DNA from: Anaerolineae bacterium
GTDB lineage: Bacteria > Chloroflexota > Anaerolineae > Fen-1058
Assembly (NCBI GenBank): GCA_035283185.1
Contig: DATEUJ010000022.1
Location: forward strand, 278 to 64,277
Direction of reading: 5' to 3'
DNA: 64,000 nucleotides
This document shows, piece after piece, positions 1 through 7,624 of the stretch. The notes under the pieces are model-generated. The model was not told the DNA's origin. It worked only from the letters and a program-made list of their open reading frames with translations, and searched no databases. Position 1 is the first letter of the stretch; every line of letters begins with the position of its first letter. The position numbers and the translations under genes are program-made.

Positions 1-2485
1 GCACGCCACAGGTCTGAAGGTTGAGGCCTTCGCTGGCCGACTCGGTGCCGATCAAGATTCGCACGCTGCCTTCGCGAAATTGGTTCTTCACGTCCTCTTT
101 GGTCGTGCGTACCCAGGCGATGCCATTCCAGACTTCGCCTCCGCGGCCAGAGTAGCATGCCACCTGGCTGCCATAAACTTCGACGAGCTGATCGCGCAGG
201 TAATCCATGGTGTCAGCATACTGGGTGAAGATCAGGACGGTCGGGCGCTGCGTGAAGATGCGCCCCAATTCGCTCTTTAAGACCTCGAGTTTCGAGTCGT
301 TGACGCTCAACAACCTGAGCTCGTGAATGAAGTCCTCGACGTAGGTCAATTCGGCCTTGAAGCGCTCCCGATCGGCGTCGCTCAATACCTCTTCGAGGAC
401 GTCCTGTTCGAGTTCGTCCTGTTCCAGATCGTCGTCGACGAAGGCTTCGTCCGTCAGGCCGCGCAGAAACTGCAAGCGGCGCTCCAGGCTGCGCCGCACG
501 GCGTAGAAACTGCTGGTCAGGCGACGGCGATAGACGGTCATCACGAAGCCCAGCCCGCGCCGCTCGCTCTCGTATTTCTGATAGAAGGCGCTGATGTACT
601 CGTCGATCCGATCGTACAACGCCCGTTCCTCAGGCCGCATCGGGACCCGTTCGAGGCGCGGGCGGCGCGTCGGGACGTTGTCTTTCAGGATGCCGCGCTG
701 CTGGTACTCGCGCAGCAGCGCGCGAGTGTTGCGGAAGATGTAGTGATTGAGCGGCGTGTGGCGGCGCGCTAACTCGGCGACGTGCGGCTCAGGCGCCCGG
801 CCCAACTGTCGCAGAATACGGAGCCGCTGGCCTGACCGCCGCACTAGATCTTCTAACGCCGACCACTTGACCGGGCCGATCTCCTGGCCGACGTGCGCCT
901 TGAACTCTGGATCGATTTCACCGCCGGTCGTCAGGTAGTCTTGCACAAGGTCGAAGACGAATTCCCAGTCCCGGTCGTCGAACGGCTTGTGCATCTCGGC
1001 GAAGAAGCCGAGGAAGTTGTCCTCGTCCGCGCCCCATCGCCCGCCCATGCCCAGCACGGTGAGCAAATCCCACACTTCGAGCGGATGGACCTGCATGGGT
1101 GTCGCCGTCATCAGCAGCAGGCCAGCATATTTGTCTTGTGCCTTCAGATCGTTGAGCAGGCCGAGCAGCCGATTCGGGCGATAGATGCGCTCCTTGAAGT
1201 CCTTGCGCCGGGCGTGGTGTGCCTCGTCCGCCACCAGCAGATCCCACCCTTTAGCGGCGAGGATTTGCTCGCGCCGATCGGCCCGCTTAACCAGTTGGCT
1301 ACCGGCGAGCAGCACGTCAAAGGCGTCCCACGGATTGCCGTCCGGCGCGGGCAAGGGCTGGTCGCGCACGTCGAGGAATCCGCCCGCCTCGTAGCGCGGG
1401 ATTTCGAGCGCGAACTTCTCGTAGAGTTCTTCCTGCCACTGCTTGAGCACCGACTTGGGCGCGAGGATCAGGCAGCGTTTCACCCGTCCCGACAGAAGCA
1501 ACTGGCGAATGACCAGGCCGGCCTCGATCGTCTTGCCCAGGCCGACCTCGTCGCACAGCATCGCGCGATCGGGGAAGCGCCGGATGACGACATTCGCCAC
1601 GCGCGACTGGTGCGGCCAGGGCACGATGGCCGCCGTCGCCGCGCCGAGCTCGGTCGCGTTGGGCAGGTAGGGCGCATCGCGCACGAACTGGAAAAGGATG
1701 CGCTCGGCTTGAGGGACCTCGCCGGCGTAGGGCTGCTCTTCATCCTTCGTCGGCTTGCGGGACGGCGCGCGTTCAAGTGGATCGAACTCCGGCGCGTGGG
1801 GCGGGCGGTAGGTCAGCAGACGATCGCGCACCGCTTTCGGAACGTCGAGTGCGATCCAACCCGGTTCCTGGCCCGTCCACAGCCGCTCAAAGTTGGTCGC
1901 GATTTGCGCCAGGTGCGCCTGTGTCGCCTCCCACGAAAAGACGACCAGGAAGTTCTCGTAGTTCTTCGTCCAGCCAGTTTCGGACTCGTTGACACTGCCG
2001 CTGAAGGCCATGCGATTGCCGTCGGCGTCCGTGAAAATGCCCGTTTTGGGGTGATAGTAGTCCTGCGACAGGCGCGCCGGGATCGGAAGACCTCGCTCAT
2101 CACGGGGCAGGACGACGCGGATTTCCAATGTGCCTTCGGCGACCATCCAGGCCAGCACTTCCAGTCGCTGGCGCAGCAGTGCATCCTGCGGATCGGCGAA
2201 ATGCTCCAGCAGGCGCTCGGTAAGACGCGCCTGCAGGTCGTGGCCTCTGGTGATGGCTTCGACATCGCCCTCGTCGAGCGCCGCGCCGACGAGCAGCCGC
2301 ATCCGGCCGCCGTTTTGAATCAGCCGCGCCACGCCGGCCGCGGCCACAGCAAGCGCAGTCGAGCTGAAGAAGCCGGCGCTGCGGTCGTACCGCACGCTGG
2401 CCGAGAGCGCCGGGATGTAGAAGTTGTTCAGCGGATCGTCGGCGGGGCCGTAATAGATGCGGAAGGGATAGTCGCGTAGTGACAT
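1..2485 (-). CDS. PLD-like nuclease domain fused to SNF2-family helicase (5' part only; gene runs off the left edge)
   Basis: Not in the ORF track because no stop lies in the window. Hand translation of the minus strand from ATG (cat 2483-2485) gives MSLRDYPFRIYYGPADDPLNNFYIPAL... and stays open to nt 1. PLD HxK(x)4D motif (YHPKTGIFTD, then SGSVNES), SNF2 motif I (CDEVGLGKTIEAG), motif II (VADEAHHARR). Plus-strand ORFs 323..772 and 893..2479 are antisense shadows. Confidence 0.85.
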   Translation of the reverse strand, partial: MSLRDYPFRIYYGPADDPLNNFYIPALSASVRYDRSAGFFSSTALAVAAAGVARLIQNGGRMRLLVGAALDEGDVEAITRGHDLQARLTERLLEHFADPQDALLRQRLEVLAWMVAEGTLEIRVVLPRDERGLPIPARLSQDYYHPKTGIFTDADGNRMAFSGSVNESETGWTKNYENFLVVFSWEATQAHLAQIATNFERLWTGQEPGWIALDVPKAVRDRLLTYRPPHAPEFDPLERAPSRKPTKDEEQPYAGEVPQAERILFQFVRDAPYLPNATELGAATAAIVPWPHQSRVANVVIRRFPDRAMLCDEVGLGKTIEAGLVIRQLLLSGRVKRCLILAPKSVLKQWQEELYEKFALEIPRYEAGGFLDVRDQPLPAPDGNPWDAFDVLLAGSQLVKRADRREQILAAKGWDLLVADEAHHARRKDFKERIYRPNRLLGLLNDLKAQDKYAGLLLMTATPMQVHPLEVWDLLTVLGMGGRWGADEDNFLGFFAEMHKPFDDRDWEFVFDLVQDYLTTGGEIDPEFKAHVGQEIGPVKWSALEDLVRRSGQRLRILRQLGRAPEPHVAELARRHTPLNHYIFRNTRALLREYQQRGILKDNVPTRRPRLERVPMRPEERALYDRIDEYISAFYQKYESERRGLGFVMTVYRRRLTSSFYAVRRSLERRLQFLRGLTDEAFVDDDLEQDELEQDVLEEVLSDADRERFKAELTYVEDFIHELRLLSVNDSKLEVLKSELGRIFTQRPTVLIFTQYADTMDYLRDQLVEVYGSQVACYSGRGGEVWNGIAWVRTTKEDVKNQFREGSVRILIGTESASEGLNLQTCGV

Positions 2486-2493
2486 AGCGATCC

Positions 2494-2583
2494 GTAGTCT
2501 AGCCGCTTCTCGGCGTCACGCACCAGACATAGCGACCCGTAGTCTAGCCGCTTGTCGGCGTCGCGCACAAGGCGCTATGCTAC
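2494..2583. repeat. REP family 1: two tandem GTAG-headed units, the second closed by an inverted unit ending CTAC
   Basis: gtagtctagccgcttctcggcgtc starts at 2494. gtagtctagccgcttgtcggcgtcgcgcacaaggcgctatgctac spans 2539-2583, and its arms are imperfect reverse complements. The region contains an approx 45-nt direct duplication (catagcga.ccgtagtctagccgctt...). Confidence 0.7.
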
Positions 2584-3065
2584 AAGAGTAATGGTGTCAG
2601 ATGGCCACTCCAGGGCCAGTCTTCTGCATGATCGACAAGCCCCTTTCGGACGGGATTATTCAAAATGTACTCGGCGATTTGTCGCAAGTCCTCCTCGACC
2701 CGGACAATATGATCATAGGAGCGCGGCTGCCACAATTTGCCGCGCCAGCCGTGCTGCCAACTGCGATTCGTCGTCTTTCCTTTGAACTGATCACTGAACA
2801 CCAGCACGGAGACGCCCTCTTGAACAGGGCCGACGAGATAATGCAGGTGATCGGGCATCAGGCAATACGTATACACCGCGCAATGCTGCCGTTCCTGCTC
2901 CTCGCGGAGGGTATCGACGATCATCTGATTGATAGACTCGTTTACGAAAGGAGCCGCGTGCAGGTAGGCGCGAATAGTGATGAAGGTGATCCGACCAACC
3001 TGCCGATACAACTCAGGGTCGAGCCGTTGATTACGCGGTGGATGATAGGGTTTATTCCATGGCAT
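2580..3065 (-). CDS. REP-associated tyrosine transposase (RAYT; IS200/IS605 Y1 HUH superfamily)
   Basis: MPWNKPYHPPRNQRL... HUH motif in CLMPDHLHYLV. C-terminal Tyr region RSYDHIV...IAEYILNNPVRKGLV. The ORF-track start at 3212 reads through REP copies (duplicated peptide VGVHGRAHTGHKAR), so ATG at 3065 is preferred. Confidence 0.8.
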   Translation of the reverse strand: MPWNKPYHPPRNQRLDPELYRQVGRITFITIRAYLHAAPFVNESINQMIVDTLREEQERQHCAVYTYCLMPDHLHYLVGPVQEGVSVLVFSDQFKGKTTNRSWQHGWRGKLWQPRSYDHIVRVEEDLRQIAEYILNNPVRKGLVDHAEDWPWSGHLTPLLL

Positions 3066-3074
3066 ACGTTCACC

Positions 3075-3318
3075 GTAGCATCGGGCCTTGTGCCCGGTAT
3101 GTGCCCGACCGTGCACGCCCACAAGGGGCGAGGCTACCGCGACCTCCCACGAATACGCCCACACGTACCATCGGGCCTTGTGCCCGGTATGTGCCCGACC
3201 GTGCACGCCCACAAGGGGCGAGGCTACTACGACTCGAATACGCTACCCGTAGCATCGGGCCTTGTGCCCGACTCCCACAAATACGCCACAAGAATACGCC
3301 CACAAGGGGCTAAGCTAC
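3075..3318. repeat. REP family 1: three consecutive REP doublets (REPIN-like)
   Basis: Units at 3075-3137, 3165-3227 and 3249-3318. Each is gta[gc]catcgggccttgtgcccg ... cgcccacaaggggc.a.gctac. The first two are near-identical 63-mers. Confidence 0.8.
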
Positions 3319-6287
3319 TCGTCTTCTTCGCCCTCTTCGCCCTCTTCCTCAAACCCCTCGCCGAGGCCGAGCTGCGCAGCGACTGCCAACTCCGGCTCCT
3401 CTTCGACCGGCGCTTGCAGATCGTCGAAGAAGGCCAGCCGCAGGTTCTCCAGCACCTCGGCTTCGGGACGGGCGAACTTGCCCTTGATGCGCGAGCGCGG
3501 GATGGCGTTGAGCAGCGCCTGCAGGCAGGCCTTGAATGCCCCGTCGGTCTTGAGGCCGGACTTCTTGAGGAACACGTCGCACGCACCCGCGCCGTCTTCC
3601 TCATACACCATCATCGCCGTGTGCACGGCGTCGATCAGGTGCTCGAACGTTGCGACTTCGTCGTCGACCACGCCCTTGCGCCGGCGCTGGACCGGCGTCT
3701 GCATCACGACGTACTGACCCTTCTTGGTGACCAGCCGATTAGTCTTCATCAGGTCTTTTTCGACATCAAGGCCGAGCGCGATGGCCAGCTTGCGCGCCTC
3801 GTCGTAAGGGAATTGCTCCGCGCCGAAGGCGTCCCAGGCCATGACGTACCAGTCGGTGATAGGATCGAACTGCACGTCGCGCCCCAGCAGCAGACCCTGC
3901 TTGCGCAGGCGGACGACTTCCTCGCGCGCCAGGTCGAGCGCGGTTTCCGGGCGCAGCGGCTTCGGTTGGCCGGTCTTGGGATCGACTTCGCTCGTCAGCA
4001 CCGGCCAGTGCTCGGAGATGATGCTGAGCGTCGGGCCGAAGACGCTGATGTACAGATCGACGCCGCTGATGCCCATCGCCGCGAACTCGGCGGCTTTCTG
4101 GCGAGCCGTCTCGCGGACGCGGGGCTGTAAGTCATCCCACCACACGGCAGTGGTCAGTGATGAGTGATCAGTGATCAGTTGTCCGCTGCCCACTGATGAC
4201 TGTCCACTGATCACTGGCAACTGTCTTTTTCGACACACCAGCAAAATCGTCGACGAGGCCGCATTCTTCTTGGCCTGATGCAGGCTAGTCTCGCTCTCAG
4301 TGTGGACCGGCCACGAGGCTTTGATGGCGAAGCCCGCGCCGATGAGCGCCGACGCCAGCGTGTCCCACGCCTCGACGCGCTTGTGCGTGAACATGACGGT
4401 GAGCGAACCGTCGGTCCGCAGGACGCGGTACATCTCGCAGAAGGCGGCGGCCATTTTGAACTCGTAGTCGCGTTCAGCCAATTCCTTTCTGCTACGCCCC
4501 ATGTCCTTAAACCGAGCGAAATTCGCGATTGCTTCGTCATCTTTGTTGGTCAACTCCTCACGGAAAAGACTGGGGAACACATTTCTAGCACCACGCTTGA
4601 GCCAGACGTAGAAGAAGTCAGAAAGCTCTGCGTACTGAACATTATCGTAGTACGGCGGATCAACACTAATGTTGGAAATCGAACGATCAGGTATTTCCAC
4701 AAGGCTAGAAGCTAAACCATGAAAGATGCGTAGTCGGTCTACAAGCTTCTCATGCCTTGCATACATCAAGGTCGTCTGCGCGGGCGATACCAGATCCGCG
4801 AGCCCTTTGTAAGCGTCTATTACTTGGTCGATTACCCAGGGAAACAAGCTACGTGCTGCATCGAACTCTGCGAAGGTCCATTTGACAGAGAAATCATGCC
4901 TCTGAAAGGTGTGCGCTATTACCTGACGAGATGCATGCCACACCACTTGAGTTGAGTTGTAGTCAAGAGCTTTATCAAATGCCAATGAGAGATAAGTGAC
5001 GATTGCTTGGGCGCGATCTTCATCGAGTGATGAGCAAGAGTCTTCTTCGATCTGGCGTAAGACACCGAGAGCGGTGCAGAAAGTAAAAAGCTGCCGTGGT
5101 GCGAATGAGTCTGCCCAAGTCTTAAGTCCATATATCTCAGCTGCCCAATCAGCTCGACCGGGCTGTCGCGGTTCGTTCGGAATCAAACCGGTTGCATCCC
5201 AACTTCGGCGGTTATGGGCAAGATCAGCTCTTGCCTGCTTTATTGCAGACACATCCTCTTCCGTCGGTGGACGGAAGTAAAGATCGCGCTTTTGCTTAAA
5301 GGCGACTGCATATAGCATTTGTCCCATGCGGCCGGCCTGCGCCTCGGCCTTGATGTAGTCACCGTCAATCGTCTCGCCCGTCCACGGCGAGCGGGCGACG
5401 CCGCGCGTGATTGTCCCGACATCTGGCTTGGCCGACTTCACCTTTGCACCGGCCACAATCTCAAATCTCGGCTCACTCATCCCGTCTTCAGCGATGAGTC
5501 GAACTGCGACCGGGTCGCTGCCTTTGCGCAGCCACCAGTTGGGGCTGAGCGGGACGGGCTTGCTGGTCGATGGGCAGGCGACGGTACGCGCCCACAGGTA
5601 GGCAAAGATACTCTCGCCGGAACGCTTGGGGAAATACGGATCGAGTTTCTCTTTGACACGCTTCGCCCACTCGTCGCCCCACTTGCGGATGTCCTCGGCG
5701 AGCGACGGGCCGAAGCGGGCCGGGTAATCGAGCGTGGCTTTGAGGATGACGGCGGCGACCGGGTTGAGGTCGTTGGCGATCGTCGTGAAGCCGTAGCGCA
5801 GCGCCTCGAAGGGGATCGATCCGCCGCCCGCGAACGGGTCGAGTACGCTCAGTTCGCGCGTGCCCCACGTATGCTCCAGCAGATCGCCCATCGTCAGCAG
5901 GTCTTCGGCGGAGGGATTGATGGTGAAGGCGCGAGGGTAACCGTATGGGCCACCTTTCAGCGTCACATCTTGCGCTCGCGCCCATTCAAGCAATTTGCGC
6001 GAAGCAACTGGATCGCCACGAATGCCGAGAAGTTGTGAAACCCACTGATGATAGATGTCAGCCGAAGGGAACTTCTCGCGCAGTTGAGCTGGCCACTCGC
6101 TCGACCAAACAGGTAGGACTCCGCCTAAAATCGCGGCGCGGCAAATCAACAAGGGCCGACGTGCCCACCATACGTGAAGACGATTCGGGGCAGGAAAAGG
6201 CGTGCCGTAGCCATGTTCGCGACGTGACTCAACGCCGATGGCCTCGATGGGCAGCCAGTGTTCGATGAGGAGGGAGGGAAGGGCCAT
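3315..6287 (-). CDS. DUF1156-type DNA methyltransferase (N6-adenine/N4-cytosine class, DPPY motif)
   Basis: N-terminus LIEHWLPIEAIGVESRRE...HVWWARRPLLICRAAILG is typical of DUF1156. SAM motif LDPFAGGGSIPFEALRYG. Catalytic motif NISVDPPYYDNVQY. 990 aa. Confidence 0.85.
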   Translation of the reverse strand: MALPSLLIEHWLPIEAIGVESRREHGYGTPFPAPNRLHVWWARRPLLICRAAILGGVLPVWSSEWPAQLREKFPSADIYHQWVSQLLGIRGDPVASRKLLEWARAQDVTLKGGPYGYPRAFTINPSAEDLLTMGDLLEHTWGTRELSVLDPFAGGGSIPFEALRYGFTTIANDLNPVAAVILKATLDYPARFGPSLAEDIRKWGDEWAKRVKEKLDPYFPKRSGESIFAYLWARTVACPSTSKPVPLSPNWWLRKGSDPVAVRLIAEDGMSEPRFEIVAGAKVKSAKPDVGTITRGVARSPWTGETIDGDYIKAEAQAGRMGQMLYAVAFKQKRDLYFRPPTEEDVSAIKQARADLAHNRRSWDATGLIPNEPRQPGRADWAAEIYGLKTWADSFAPRQLFTFCTALGVLRQIEEDSCSSLDEDRAQAIVTYLSLAFDKALDYNSTQVVWHASRQVIAHTFQRHDFSVKWTFAEFDAARSLFPWVIDQVIDAYKGLADLVSPAQTTLMYARHEKLVDRLRIFHGLASSLVEIPDRSISNISVDPPYYDNVQYAELSDFFYVWLKRGARNVFPSLFREELTNKDDEAIANFARFKDMGRSRKELAERDYEFKMAAAFCEMYRVLRTDGSLTVMFTHKRVEAWDTLASALIGAGFAIKASWPVHTESETSLHQAKKNAASSTILLVCRKRQLPVISGQSSVGSGQLITDHSSLTTAVWWDDLQPRVRETARQKAAEFAAMGISGVDLYISVFGPTLSIISEHWPVLTSEVDPKTGQPKPLRPETALDLAREEVVRLRKQGLLLGRDVQFDPITDWYVMAWDAFGAEQFPYDEARKLAIALGLDVEKDLMKTNRLVTKKGQYVVMQTPVQRRRKGVVDDEVATFEHLIDAVHTAMMVYEEDGAGACDVFLKKSGLKTDGAFKACLQALLNAIPRSRIKGKFARPEAEVLENLRLAFFDDLQAPVEEEPELAVAAQLGLGEGFEEEGEEGEEDE
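4152..4217. repeat. Heptamer-repeat hairpin (cagtgat word) embedded in frame in the methylase CDS
   Basis: ggtcagtgatgagtgatcagtgatcag ttgtccgctgccc actgatgactgtccactgatcactgg. Translated as ...PVISGQSSVGSGQLITDHSSLTT... Confidence 0.8.
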
Positions 6288-6374
6288 TTTTGATTTCGGG
6301 CGCTGGATTCGATGTCAGGTGACAGGACGCCGAAAACGGCGTATAATCCTTTGCGAGAGGCGGCCAACTGAAAA

Positions 6375-6581
6375 ATGAGCGCCCCGATCATGACGCTTGA
6401 ACAAATCCGCGTAACCGGTCTCGCGGCGCTGATGGAAAAACTCGGCCCCGATGGAATGATCCGTTTCCTGCAGCAGTTTGAAACCGGCGCCGGCGATTAT
6501 TCCACTGAGCGTCACCAATGGGTCGACCGCTGGGACATCGACACGCTCATCGCCGAACTCGGCAAGCGTCAATCGCACTGA
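6375..6581 (+). CDS. Small hypothetical protein encoded opposite to the surrounding operon
   Basis: 68 aa, MSAPIMTLEQIRVTGLAALMEKLGPDGMIRFLQQFETGAGDYSTERHQW... A stem-loop plus T-run lies 20 nt downstream. Family not recognised with confidence. Confidence 0.45.
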   Translation: MSAPIMTLEQIRVTGLAALMEKLGPDGMIRFLQQFETGAGDYSTERHQWVDRWDIDTLIAELGKRQSH

Positions 6582-6601
6582 CCCATTCGCCGGAATCGCG
6601 C

Positions 6602-6639
6602 AGACCTGACGAGCCTGGCAAATCCGTCGGGTCTTTTTT
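6602..6639 (+). terminator. Rho-independent terminator candidate for the small plus-strand ORF
   Basis: agacctgacg (6602-6611) pairs with cgtcgggtct (6625-6634) at 9 of 10 positions, with a 13-nt loop, followed by tttttt. The T-run overlaps the stop codon of the ASCH gene on the other strand. Confidence 0.55.
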
Positions 6640-7564
6640 ACTCTCCCGCCAACAACACCCTCAACGCCTTCTGCGCCCGCTCGGCTGTTGGCCCTGTGGT
6701 GCACTTGCTATACCAGTAGTAGGCTTCCTCGCTCGTCATCGCCCGCACGCCGTCGGAGATCGCCTCGACGCGGCTCATCTTGCTGATCGGCTTGATAGCC
6801 AGGAACAGCAGCCCCAATCGCACACCGGTTTCTTCGTTCAGCAGGAACGGTGCGCGACGGCTGGCGCTCAAGTCAGTCGCCTTGTAGCCGCAGCGGCGCA
6901 GCGCCTCCAGGATGTGATCGGCCACCGCGCGCAGCACGCCACCGCCTACCTTGACGACGCGCTGCATCTCTCGTGGAGGCTCTTGTCGGTACAGTGTGCG
7001 CTGCGCGCCTGGCGGCTCGACCAATCGCTGATACAGCGCCAGGCCATAGGCCGTCGAATGACCGGCGCGATTCGCATTCGGCACGACGCGCAGCTCGAAC
7101 GGCCGCTCAGGGTCCCAGGCAAAAGCTGGCTCGACGGTGGGAGCCGCCGGTTCCGGTTCCGGCGCAGCGCCATTCTTGCCAGACAGCCAGTCGTCCGGCA
7201 CGCTGAACAGACCCATCCGGCCGCGCATTGGTCGCGGCTGCGGCAGCGGGTGCGCGTTCGCCAGTCGCCAGCCGTACAGCGGCGGCTTAAAGCGCTCGCG
7301 GTCGAGGTGCTCGTCTTGCAACGCATCAAACGTCGCCTCGTCCAGCTCTTCGACGTCGACCAGATCGACCGTGCCGACGATCGCGCCGGTCGTGACGGCA
7401 TCGGGATCGATGTCGTGCGCCAGGCAGGCTTCGCGCTCGACCGTCTGCGCGGCGTGGATCGCCAGCGGCCCGCGATAGTTGACGGTCCACGAGCGCAGCT
7501 CGATCGTCTTCTTGCCCTGCAGGATCAGGTCTGCCCAGGGTTGGCGGATGCTAATCGCTTTCAT
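6638..7564 (-). CDS. ASCH (PUA-like) domain protein with approx 190-aa C-terminal domain in the position usually held by DUF3780
   Basis: MKAISIRQPWADLILQGKKTIELRSWTVNYRGPLAIHAA matches the ASCH signature. C-terminal part ...LGLLFLAIKPISKMSRVEAISDGVRAMTSEEAYYWYSK. The DUF3780 assignment is inferred from gene position and length only. Confidence 0.7.
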   Translation of the reverse strand: MKAISIRQPWADLILQGKKTIELRSWTVNYRGPLAIHAAQTVEREACLAHDIDPDAVTTGAIVGTVDLVDVEELDEATFDALQDEHLDRERFKPPLYGWRLANAHPLPQPRPMRGRMGLFSVPDDWLSGKNGAAPEPEPAAPTVEPAFAWDPERPFELRVVPNANRAGHSTAYGLALYQRLVEPPGAQRTLYRQEPPREMQRVVKVGGGVLRAVADHILEALRRCGYKATDLSASRRAPFLLNEETGVRLGLLFLAIKPISKMSRVEAISDGVRAMTSEEAYYWYSKCTTGPTAERAQKALRVLLAGE

Positions 7565-7568
7565 GGAT

Positions 7569-7624
7569 GTAGTCTAGCCCCTTGTGGGCGTCGGGCACAA
7601 GGCGGGCACAAGGCCCTAAGCTAC
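7569..7624. repeat. REP family 1 doublet filling the DUF499-ASCH intergenic gap
   Basis: gtagtctagccccttgtgggcg tcgggcacaagg cgggcacaaggccctaagctac. Contains the DUF499 stop codon (cta 7616-7618). Confidence 0.8.

Larger units (their letters stand above)
2494..3318 (-). mobile_element. RAYT-REPIN locus: REP-associated tyrosine transposase gene flanked on both sides by its presumed cognate GTAG-headed palindromes
   Basis: RAYT CDS 2580..3065, with REP units at 2494-2583 and three REP doublets at 3075-3318. See the individual entries. Confidence 0.7.

Noticed and set aside
323-2479. Plus-strand ORFs 323..772 (149 aa) and 893..2479 (528 aa)
   Set aside because: Their translations are low-complexity and Arg/Ala/Val-rich with no motifs. 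The opposite strand encodes a helicase with clear PLD and SNF2 motifs. They are typical antisense shadow ORFs of a high-GC gene.
3066-3212. ORF-track N-terminal extensions at 3066-3212, 10700-10816, 33995-34675, 39037-39192, 45362-45601, 52321-52434, 53331-53390, 54104-54304 and 25327-25365
   Set aside because: The extensions read through REP or heptamer repeats or overlap the upstream gene. Internal ATG codons with RBS-like sequences and homology-like N-termini give more plausible starts.
3075-3318. CRISPR array hypothesis for the three regularly spaced approx 63-nt repeats
   Set aside because: The units are inverted doublets with GTAG/CTAC ends, the spacers are only about 20-27 nt, and copies of the same unit are dispersed singly at 7569, 10768 and 48101. 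No cas genes. The pattern is consistent with REP/REPIN elements next to a RAYT.
2601-4130. 509-aa plus-strand ORF spanning the RAYT gene, the REP array and part of the methylase gene
   Set aside because: It runs antisense through two well-supported minus-strand genes and straight through palindromic repeats. No recognisable domains.
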